From IMG/VR virus record IMGVR_UViG_3300005670_000019: 64,000 bases of DNA. One strand, 5' to 3'. The stretch is from a virus. Its lineage: Duplodnaviria > Caudoviricetes. Positions within the stretch are counted from its first letter, which is position 1. Each line of letters starts with the position of its first letter. The translations under genes were made by a program, and so were the position numbers. Below the pieces are notes generated by a model, which had not been told where the DNA came from, ran no database searches, and saw only the letters and a program-made list of their open reading frames with translations. Shown here one piece after another: positions 19,185 to 26,235 of this stretch.

Positions 19185-20156
19185 TTAGCTGAGAATGATG
19201 GTGAACATGTTCACAAATGTGTCAACACCGTAGTTGTCTGTGAAGACTTTACCTGCGAAGAGCACTCTTTTCGCCACCGAGTTTTTTCCGGGAAAAGAAC
19301 CAAAATCAATAACATCAAGCTTTCGAGTTTCACCATCTTCGCCAACCTCAAAAAACTGAGCGAAGAAACGATTTTTCTTTGAAGTCTCAGTGAAATAGAT
19401 TGTTCTACCGTAACCGCTGTTTATTCTAGGTGCCAAATCATTTTCAAGTTCGTCTATAGTAAGGATCGGTGCCTGATTTATTCTTTCGTAGTTTCCTAGT
19501 GGTTCATTAGTTGAAGAACCAAGACGTCCCTTGTTGACAGGCGGCAAGAATTGAAAGTTTGGAATATGAGACAACCTTTTATCTTGGAAGAAACCCTCGA
19601 CTTGGTTGATATCAACTTCTTGAAGATCCACTTCTTCAATTGGATTATTGTCAGTGATAATGAATGGTTCTGGAGAAAGTGGTCCAACGATAAACTCATC
19701 ACGATTTTCATCAATCAATTCTGGTGAACCAAGAATACGACAACGCTTGTAGTTTTGAAGAGAACTTCCAAGCAGAGTATCCATTTGAGAAAGGTAAGCT
19801 TGACCAGTAAGTGTCTCTTGTGTGCCAGACACAGTAATCATGATTTGTCCAGGAGCTACAGAAAGAGTTGAGGATGTAATCCCGAACAACGAGTTTGCAA
19901 GAGTTTTGGAAATCAGTCTACCGCTATCATCAGCTTCAAAGGTTATCGTATCCTGTGGAAGAGAACAAATTTCCAGTTGAGGTCTGTCAATAGCTTCGAG
20001 ACTTCCTGAAACAATCGTATCCTCATTGTAAACTGCTGTTGCATCAGAAAAAGAATAGAACTCTGCACGCAAACGACCCTCCGCCAACTGCCTTTTTCCT
20101 TCGGCGGTTAGAATGGTATCGAGAAACCTTGTTTTTGGGTCGAGAAAACCTGACAT
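19185..20156 (-). CDS. Virion baseplate/tail protein (N-terminal tail-collar-like segment; related to 10109..10822)
   Basis: GFLDPKTRFLDTILTAEGKRQLA...SFSD...Y mirrors the 10822 N-terminus. Confidence 0.65.
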   Translation of the reverse strand: MSGFLDPKTRFLDTILTAEGKRQLAEGRLRAEFYSFSDATAVYNEDTIVSGSLEAIDRPQLEICSLPQDTITFEADDSGRLISKTLANSLFGITSSTLSVAPGQIMITVSGTQETLTGQAYLSQMDTLLGSSLQNYKRCRILGSPELIDENRDEFIVGPLSPEPFIITDNNPIEEVDLQEVDINQVEGFFQDKRLSHIPNFQFLPPVNKGRLGSSTNEPLGNYERINQAPILTIDELENDLAPRINSGYGRTIYFTETSKKNRFFAQFFEVGEDGETRKLDVIDFGSFPGKNSVAKRVLFAGKVFTDNYGVDTFVNMFTIILS

Positions 20157-20161
20157 ACCTT

Positions 20162-20170
20162 CTAAATATT
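20162..20170 (-). promoter_or_regulatory. Candidate late promoter (AATATTTAG)
   Basis: 5 nt upstream of ATG 20156, where the minus-strand operon must restart after the island. Confidence 0.5.
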
Positions 20171-20221
20171 ATGGTTTCAGCTTTCATGGTTTTCTTTCTT
20201 CTTTTCATTTGAATGCATTTT

Positions 20222-20250
20222 TTGAAAAAGGCGTCGGTCTGTGCTACGCC
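20222..20250 (+). promoter_or_regulatory. Sigma70-type early promoter
   Basis: TTGAAA-17 nt-TACGCC with TG at the extended -10 position; weak -10; SD AAGGAGA downstream. Confidence 0.45.
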
Positions 20251-20268
20251 TAAACCAAGGAGAATATT

Positions 20269-20532
20269 ATGTCCGTAGAAAATCTCGAATATGCCCTCGC
20301 GACCCTTGAGGATGCCCTAAACGATCCTTACGCTTTGGAGATCGACCGCCAGGTTTTGAAGGATTGTGCCGATCAGGTGAACATTGCCCTGTGGCTTTTG
20401 TTCGTGGAAGGAATGAGTTTCTTCTATTGGGACCAGCTCGATCAGCTCAAATTGCTCGGGGTTTCTGCGAAAGAGTTGGATCTTTTGAAAACCATGATCG
20501 AGCTGCTTCAAAAGCATCCTTCATCGCAATGA
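20269..20532 (+). CDS. Hypothetical protein
   Basis: 87 aa, strong SD AAGGAGA. Confidence 0.75.
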   Translation: MSVENLEYALATLEDALNDPYALEIDRQVLKDCADQVNIALWLLFVEGMSFFYWDQLDQLKLLGVSAKELDLLKTMIELLQKHPSSQ

Positions 20533-20579
20533 TTACAGTGAAGACGGAATTACAGTTACACTGTATTTGATCCCATTTC

Positions 20580-20608
20580 TTGAAAAACGACCAGACCTCT
20601 GTTATGGT
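20580..20608 (+). promoter_or_regulatory. Sigma70-type early promoter (leaderless transcript predicted)
   Basis: TTGAAA-17 nt-TATGGT, TG extended -10; ATG 20615 is 7 nt downstream. Confidence 0.65.
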
Positions 20609-20614
20609 GTGAGA

Positions 20615-21058
20615 ATGTATTTCGTTTTCACATGCAGGCACCGACAGTCCGTCGATTCCCGAACGGATGACGGATCGGGTTGGCTCGAAGAGGAGCGTTC
20701 ACACGAATACAGCGATTTCGCTGTGTCCGTTGTTGAGGACACTCAATATGACGCTTCCTCTCTTGGAAGCGGCTATTTCGAGAGCTTTTTCTCGAAGCCT
20801 ATCGCGAACGAAGCGTTGAATTCCGCTGTTTACGTGGTCGTAAAGTACGTCACCATGCGTGATACGTTCAATGTCGACCACGACCTTCTCGAAGTTGCCT
20901 ATTTCGGGCAAGACTTCGAAATTGCTCAAAAAATCCTCGAAGATATCGAGGACGAAAAGAACCTTGCGTCAAGCGGCTACTTCGCGGACGAGATCACCGG
21001 GAGTGACCTCATGACGTTCAAGGCACCCTTCGCAGTCCTGCCACAGCGCAAAAAGTAA
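20615..21058 (+). CDS. Hypothetical acidic protein
   Basis: ORF 20567..21058; start moved to ATG 20615, downstream of the promoter. Confidence 0.7.
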   Translation: MYFVFTCRHRQSVDSRTDDGSGWLEEERSHEYSDFAVSVVEDTQYDASSLGSGYFESFFSKPIANEALNSAVYVVVKYVTMRDTFNVDHDLLEVAYFGQDFEIAQKILEDIEDEKNLASSGYFADEITGSDLMTFKAPFAVLPQRKK

Positions 21059-21060
21059 TA

Positions 21061-21086
21061 GTGTCCTTATTTGGGGACACCCTTTT
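21061..21086 (+). terminator. Candidate intrinsic terminator
   Basis: GTGTCC-8 nt-GGACAC stem followed by CCTTTT, immediately after stop 21058. Confidence 0.5.
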
Positions 21087-21145
21087 CGAAAGCTTCCCTT
21101 GTAATTTCAAGGGTTTAGGAGCCTGAAAAAAAGTTCTCCTATTTC

Positions 21146-21174
21146 TTGAAAATCGCTCTTGGGTATGCTAACTT
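21146..21174 (+). promoter_or_regulatory. Sigma70-type early promoter
   Basis: TTGAAA-17 nt-TAACTT, TG extended -10, A-tract upstream. Confidence 0.65.
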
Positions 21175-21200
21175 AGAAGCATAAGGAAAAGGAAAACAAC

Positions 21201-21848
21201 ATGTCGATCACCTCCAAGGATGGCAAGTCGTTTCACGTTGGCATGGTCGTGGCTACGGTCACGAAGCACGACGTGCGAATCATGAGTGACGTGTGGGCGA
21301 ACGTCACGTACGCCGTGGTCTATCAGCCGACCGGCGAGGAGAACATCGAGGATAGCTTCCGCTATCACACGACCCCTTGGAAGGAGTTTTACAAGCTCGA
21401 CCAGGGCATGTTCACTTTCGTTCGCCTTTCGTGCAGCGAGTTTGGAATGAACTCGAACGTCCAGGGCTACAACATCGATGCTTCTCCTGAAATTCAGGAG
21501 ATTTACCAGGCTTGGTTGCGTGGTAAGGACTTCGCGAGCAAGCTCCACGTCTACGACTCGGACGAGTGGCGGATTCAGGAAGGACGTCGCCGCATCGAGA
21601 CTGGTCGTTTCGCTCGCGTCGTGAAGGGTCGAAAGGTTCCAAAGGGAACCGTGGGCAAGATTTTTTGGGTCGGCGACAAGGGTTACGGTCCTTGTGTCGG
21701 ACTCGCTCTTCCTTCCGATGACGGTGTCATTCGTGGGAAGGAAATCACCACGAAGTACGGAAAGAAGATCACGAGCTACGAGAAGACGGTTTTCGTTGCA
21801 AGCTCGTATGTTGCGGTGACGGACGGTCTGGACGGTCGCGTCCTCTGA
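21201..21848 (+). CDS. Hypothetical protein with C-terminal SH3/KOW-like segment
   Basis: 215 aa, SD AAGGA; GRFARVVKGRKVPKGTVGKIFW. Confidence 0.75.
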   Translation: MSITSKDGKSFHVGMVVATVTKHDVRIMSDVWANVTYAVVYQPTGEENIEDSFRYHTTPWKEFYKLDQGMFTFVRLSCSEFGMNSNVQGYNIDASPEIQEIYQAWLRGKDFASKLHVYDSDEWRIQEGRRRIETGRFARVVKGRKVPKGTVGKIFWVGDKGYGPCVGLALPSDDGVIRGKEITTKYGKKITSYEKTVFVASSYVAVTDGLDGRVL

Positions 21849-21874
21849 TCCAAAACAAAAACGATAGCTTAGAT

Positions 21875-21944
21875 GCGGCAGGCTGGGATTCGGGATGTTC
21901 CTGTGTTCCAGCCTTGCTGTAATTGGTGGGGTCTGTAAACCCCA
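21875..21944 (+). other. Two intergenic stem-loops (possible terminator or structured RNA)
   Basis: GCGGCAGGCTGGGA...TTCCAGCCTTGCTGT long hairpin (21875-21920) and TGGGGT-CTGTAA-ACCCCA (21927-21944). Confidence 0.45.
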
Positions 21945-22007
21945 ACCTCCTGTTCAACATCACTGTAATTGCAGCGTAACTAAAACAAAAAATTCGACAA
22001 GCATTAG

Positions 22008-22036
22008 TTGAAAATCAACCTCCAGCCTGTTATATT
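22008..22036 (+). promoter_or_regulatory. Sigma70-type early promoter (leaderless transcript predicted)
   Basis: TTGAAA-17 nt-TATATT, TG extended -10; ATG 22043 is 7 nt downstream. Confidence 0.7.
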
Positions 22037-22042
22037 GTAATC

Positions 22043-22243
22043 ATGGGAAAGACGGTTAGCAAGGCACAGCGGTTCTCGAAGCGTGATAGCCGGGACCACG
22101 AAGACATGAAGGGCTTCCTCCGCTCGAAGCAGAAGGGACCGCAAAAGATGCGTCCCCGAGACTATCGCGAGCTGACGAGTGAAGATTGGCAAAGCCTCTT
22201 GCTCGAAGAGCTTGCCGAATCATCTTCGGATCCGGGTGAGTGA
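22043..22243 (+). CDS. Small hypothetical protein (basic N-terminus, acidic C-terminus)
   Basis: 66 aa directly after promoter. Confidence 0.65.
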   Translation: MGKTVSKAQRFSKRDSRDHEDMKGFLRSKQKGPQKMRPRDYRELTSEDWQSLLLEELAESSSDPGE

Positions 22244-22727
22244 ACGTTCTAACGATTCCATTCGAAAGAAAACCATGCGAAACAGTCGACAGCTAAAGAA
22301 GGCAGTACAGGCGAGCCTCGAAGTGGCAGAGGCACTTGCTCTCGTCAGTGACGAACGATTCCAGAGTCGAGCGCGTGCTCTGATCAAGTCGCAACAGCAA
22401 ATCGACGAGCGCCTTTTGGAGCTTTTCGCGGACGTGCGTAAGGCAGAAGGTGTGCGCGAAGAGCACGTTCGTCCACCGGACGAACCTTACGACGTGGGAA
22501 CATGGGTTCACGTTCGTGTGAAGGTGATGGACGGTGGTGGAGCGAAGTTTGCTGCCGATGACATTCGTCGCTTGGAGCATCCTCTCGTTCGATGCCTGAT
22601 CGTTCAGAACCATCTTTCGCCAGGTTGGAAGCTTCCAAAGGGCGGCTACTTTCTGGAGACGGAAGAGGGTGAGCAGAAGCTTTCGTTCCTTTTCTTCGAG
22701 GAAGATTTCGAAAAGGTTGGGTGGTGA
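22236..22727 (+). CDS. Hypothetical protein (start uncertain: GTG 22236 or ATG 22275)
   Basis: Part of ORF 22179..22727; tiles the operon. Confidence 0.65.
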   Translation: MSERSNDSIRKKTMRNSRQLKKAVQASLEVAEALALVSDERFQSRARALIKSQQQIDERLLELFADVRKAEGVREEHVRPPDEPYDVGTWVHVRVKVMDGGGAKFAADDIRRLEHPLVRCLIVQNHLSPGWKLPKGGYFLETEEGEQKLSFLFFEEDFEKVGW

Positions 22728-22728
22728 C

Positions 22729-22983
22729 ATGAATCCGAACGCAACCGAAACTGAGAAGATGCTCCGCCTCGACGAGTTGAAGGACAAGATTGAATGCGCT
22801 CAACGAGCCCGTAATCATCTATCGAACGCGTACGGGGACGGGATTGTTGCTGAGCTTTTCGAGGCTGGCGATAGGGACCGGCTTCTCCGACTTGAGGAGA
22901 GTGCAAAGAGGATCATTTACGACCTTTGCACGGAATATGACGAACTTCACCGCGAGATTTATGGGGTGCGGGAGTCGGATTGA
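22729..22983 (+). CDS. Hypothetical helical protein
   Basis: ATG 22729 immediately after the upstream stop, GGTGG upstream. Confidence 0.65.
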   Translation: MNPNATETEKMLRLDELKDKIECAQRARNHLSNAYGDGIVAELFEAGDRDRLLRLEESAKRIIYDLCTEYDELHREIYGVRESD

Positions 22984-23007
22984 CCAAAACTTGGTGAGAC
23001 AATAAAC

Positions 23008-23367
23008 ATGAGACTTCTTTGGAAACTTTTTTTGGATGACGAACGTGACCTTGCCTATATCGGCGAGGAAGGTCATCTTGAGTGGCGCGTGGCTCGCTCT
23101 GTTGAAGAGGCAAAAAAGCTTGTCGAAAAGCTTGGAATGCCTGTTGAAATGTCTCTCGATCACGACCTTGGTGTTGTGAATGGAGAATGCTCGACGACGA
23201 TGGAGTTTCTCAAGTGGCTCCAAGAATGGTGGGACGCAAACAAGCGTCCGCGTGTCCCGGATTTCCAAGCTCACAGCGCCAATCCCGTAGGTGTGCAGAA
23301 CATTCGAAGTTTCATGCGGAGCTGGCTTCGTTTCGAAGAAATGGAGAACAATGTTCCTAACAGTTGA
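23008..23367 (+). CDS. Cyclic-phosphate-processing receiver (cREC-like) domain protein
   Basis: LFLDDER, SLDHDLG, HSANPVG motifs characteristic of this divergent REC family. Confidence 0.8.
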   Translation: MRLLWKLFLDDERDLAYIGEEGHLEWRVARSVEEAKKLVEKLGMPVEMSLDHDLGVVNGECSTTMEFLKWLQEWWDANKRPRVPDFQAHSANPVGVQNIRSFMRSWLRFEEMENNVPNS

Positions 23368-23464
23368 GGAGCTGGAAAAGCTTCCGGCGTGGAATAAGTT
23401 TCGAAACAGTCATGATGTTTCGGCAGTATCTAAAGGTTCCAATAAACCGAAGGCAACTGAATGA
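23351..23464 (+). CDS. Small ORF, 37 aa (below track cut-off)
   Basis: MFLTVEELEKLPAWNKF...; GGAG SD; ATGA-coupled to the next gene. Confidence 0.5.
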   Translation: MFLTVEELEKLPAWNKFRNSHDVSAVSKGSNKPKATE

Positions 23465-23706
23465 AAATCATTATTCGATCCCCTCTGCATAAACAGGCAA
23501 GAGCAGAGCTTTCTGAGGTGTATAAAAAGATTTGCACGTTGCTCAAAAAGCGCAATTTCATACCTCTTCAAGTGTTTACACCTGTATATGAAGGAAACAC
23601 ACTCACTCTTGAGTTTAGGCAGACCGAGCATGTCATTCTGGTTCTAAATGAGCTTAGATGGCTTTTGGCACAGAAAGCCACATGGAATTATGAGGTCCTG
23701 CGGTGA
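23461..23706 (+). CDS. Hypothetical protein
   Basis: 81 aa, operon tiling. Confidence 0.6.
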   Translation: MKIIIRSPLHKQARAELSEVYKKICTLLKKRNFIPLQVFTPVYEGNTLTLEFRQTEHVILVLNELRWLLAQKATWNYEVLR

Positions 23707-23812
23707 ATTCTATAGCAAATTTGAACGACACCCTCGTTGGCAGCAGGTTTTTGAGCAAACTGAAGAGTCAGTTCTAGTTGATTGGAGTCAATATGACCAA
23801 AGAAGAGTGTGA
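23690..23812 (+). CDS. Small ORF, 40 aa (below track cut-off)
   Basis: MRSCGEFYSKFERHPRWQQVFEQ...; fills the gap between neighbours. Confidence 0.35.
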   Translation: MRSCGEFYSKFERHPRWQQVFEQTEESVLVDWSQYDQRRV

Positions 23813-24008
23813 AAAGTTTGTCACGGCGACCTGCAAGGCGAAGGGAGAAAAGACCCTTAATTACTTGCGTATCAACTCGTGCTACATCCTCCCTGACCAT
23901 ATTGTTTCGATCGAAATTTTCCGGACGTTGACATGGTCATTCCGGTGGAAGTGGGGCTTGAGGGTTGAGCTAAGCACGGGTCGAACTCTGCGCGTCACCG
24001 ACATTTGA
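23793..24008 (+). CDS. Hypothetical protein
   Basis: ATG 23793 with GGAG SD. Confidence 0.6.
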   Translation: MTKEECEKFVTATCKAKGEKTLNYLRINSCYILPDHIVSIEIFRTLTWSFRWKWGLRVELSTGRTLRVTDI

Positions 24009-24081
24009 GGTTGAATATGACTGCTGAACAAACATCAAATTTTGCCGGGAAAAGTGAGTTTAGAAAATCGGCTGGCATTAA

Positions 24082-24110
24082 TTGAAAATCCAAGCCCGAT
24101 TTGTTATATT
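24082..24110 (+). promoter_or_regulatory. Sigma70-type early promoter
   Basis: TTGAAA-17 nt-TATATT, TG extended -10. Confidence 0.7.
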
Positions 24111-24160
24111 GGAAGCATCAGATAAGGGCTTGGAAAAAGAGCCCGAAACCAAAGGAAAAA

Positions 24161-24724
24161 ATGATGCGTTTCGATTCGATTTTCATGGTGTTTTCGGTGG
24201 TGTTTGCGCTGGGAGCTTGTTCAGCAAGCGTTCTTCCCGTCGAACCCGACTGTCTTTCGCTCTGCGAGCAGGGAGCACTTTGTTCGGTGGCGGACGGGGT
24301 TTCATGCGAGGTCACGTGCCAGCGTTGGGAAGAGGCAACGGACCGCTATTCTTGCGAGCCGCAGTATCAAGCAGTTCTGGATTGCGCAGAAGCAAACCTT
24401 GAGTGCGGACCCTGTCTTGAGGTCCAGCAGGCTTGGGCTTCGTGCGTGGTTGACGGAATGATGACGAGTGCATCTTCGTATTGCAATACGTGGACATGCA
24501 TGTCTTATCCCGCACGCCCTTCGGATCATACTGAATGCGTTGGTTGGGTTCAGGAATGGATTTTCCTTGCGGATGTTGAGCCTGCGATTTCATGGATCGA
24601 GCGTGGAAATGAAATCGATGAGTGTGCTCGATGCACCGAGGAAAACTTTGGCGTTCAGAACTTCGACGAGTGTAATCTTGGCGAGGCTCTTTGGAAGACG
24701 ACCTGCCCTGTCTGTAGGGATTGA
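24161..24724 (+). CDS. Cysteine-rich lipoprotein
   Basis: SD AAGGA, signal peptide with lipobox ALGA-C, 18 further Cys. Confidence 0.75.
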   Translation: MMRFDSIFMVFSVVFALGACSASVLPVEPDCLSLCEQGALCSVADGVSCEVTCQRWEEATDRYSCEPQYQAVLDCAEANLECGPCLEVQQAWASCVVDGMMTSASSYCNTWTCMSYPARPSDHTECVGWVQEWIFLADVEPAISWIERGNEIDECARCTEENFGVQNFDECNLGEALWKTTCPVCRD

Positions 24725-24737
24725 ACCGGAGGATTTG

Positions 24738-24995
24738 ATGGAACAGAAAGTGTTTGGTAAGCTGATTCATGAGGACATTCTCGAAGCGGCGCGAGGATGG
24801 TTGTCTCGTGGAGCATTCCTTCGTTCGCTAACTGTGAATGAGCGTACCGGAGAAATTCAATACATTATCTGGTCAACTGACCACACCGAAAATAGAGTCA
24901 TCGGAAAAACGTTCATCGACAGTGATGGAAACGCAGTTGGTCACGGAGAGGGCGTTCGTGTTTTGGAGACTCTCGTTGAGAGTCAAGATTCCTGA
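24738..24995 (+). CDS. Hypothetical protein
   Basis: ATG 24738 with GGAGG SD (3' part of ORF 24468..24995). Confidence 0.65.
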   Translation: MEQKVFGKLIHEDILEAARGWLSRGAFLRSLTVNERTGEIQYIIWSTDHTENRVIGKTFIDSDGNAVGHGEGVRVLETLVESQDS

Positions 24996-24999
24996 TCGT

Positions 25000-26235
25000 T
25001 CAATCAAAGAACGGTTGTCCTGAGCGGTACAGATAGTCATAAATTCCACTATCACGTGGATTGAAATCGGTGGCAGTTGAAGAGGTAGCATACCAGACAG
25101 CACGTTGATAACTGGTCGAACCCGAAACAAAAGTGATGGATACCGGAGCATAAATACTTGCTCCGGTATTTTTGTTTATGGTCGCACAACCTTGGCGTTG
25201 CTCTAACATGTCGCGCAAGTAACCAAAATGGGTTCTTGAGAAGCGAGCACCGACTGGCTTGGCAATGGAGCTTTCAAGCCCATACTTGAAGCCGCGGATG
25301 ATTGGAACGGAAACGTACGAAGAGTTTGCAAGTGCTGACGACCCAGGTTTGTACTGAAAACCGAAGGTTGGTTGATATCGTCCAATGTCAATAACGGTCG
25401 TTGCTTGAGCGCCTTCATTGACGCCGTTTCTGTTGCTAAGTTTGCCACCATCGCCGATTCCATAGAAAGTCTTAGAAAGGTCTTGCCAAGATGGAGAACC
25501 AAGTTCTTTTTCTTTCCAAACCAAGGATGATGTTGCAGATGTAATCATTGAACAGAGGAATACAGGAATCGAGTTAACAACTGTGTTGCTCTCGGCATAG
25601 ATTATGAGTCGCGCAAGAAAATTTGAGCCTGATGCTGGGGACACAGGAGTTCCTGAACTATCAACTGCAAGTCTTTGTTCGACTGCGAGAGAAGCATCTT
25701 GACGAAGTGTCTTTTGAAGAAGACGATATTTCGTTTGAAACGGAAATTCATCTCTCCAGTTACAGTCAACCCCGTCAAAAGTCGGGTCAGATGAGTCGTC
25801 TATTGGGTTTGTGCTATAAGCAATTTCAAACCCCTGTCTTCCAAGTCCTTGAACACCCCAACGCTCTCCACCATAAGGAGTTGTTGAAGAAGTAGTAAAA
25901 AGAGCCGGAACGGCAGCATTCACTCTCAGAATAGAAACAGGATGTGGGATAAATGTATCAGCAATGTATTCATCACCGTCAAAAAATGAAGTATTTCTGG
26001 TGAAACTTCCAATAAACGATCCTGTTTCGTAAGCAGATCGTAACCAGTATGGAACATAATAGTCTTGAAAAACGCTAAGATTTAGTCCGTCTATTTTTCC
26101 ACCGACATCATATCGAGGATCACCACTTATACTTGGAGTTTGATTGAATAGAAAATCACCAAAGAGAACTCTATCAACAGATGAGCTTTGGAAACTGTTT
26201 TTACTTTCAATATCAAACTGGTCGAATACAGGCAT
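25000..26235 (-). CDS. Putative virion protein
   Basis: 411 aa Ser/Thr-rich; coupled to the upstream LamG gene. Confidence 0.6.
   Translation of the reverse strand: MPVFDQFDIESKNSFQSSSVDRVLFGDFLFNQTPSISGDPRYDVGGKIDGLNLSVFQDYYVPYWLRSAYETGSFIGSFTRNTSFFDGDEYIADTFIPHPVSILRVNAAVPALFTTSSTTPYGGERWGVQGLGRQGFEIAYSTNPIDDSSDPTFDGVDCNWRDEFPFQTKYRLLQKTLRQDASLAVEQRLAVDSSGTPVSPASGSNFLARLIIYAESNTVVNSIPVFLCSMITSATSSLVWKEKELGSPSWQDLSKTFYGIGDGGKLSNRNGVNEGAQATTVIDIGRYQPTFGFQYKPGSSALANSSYVSVPIIRGFKYGLESSIAKPVGARFSRTHFGYLRDMLEQRQGCATINKNTGASIYAPVSITFVSGSTSYQRAVWYATSSTATDFNPRDSGIYDYLYRSGQPFFD

Noticed and set aside
21910-21960. tRNA-Tyr-like appearance (AATTGGT and a CTGTAAA loop)
   Set aside because: No acceptor stem, T-arm (GTTCRA) or correct arm spacing; only an isolated hairpin.
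20222-24995. Island as an autonomous mobile element
   Set aside because: No recombinase, transposase, terminal repeats or target duplication seen; its promoters match one elsewhere in the window (59673-59701).
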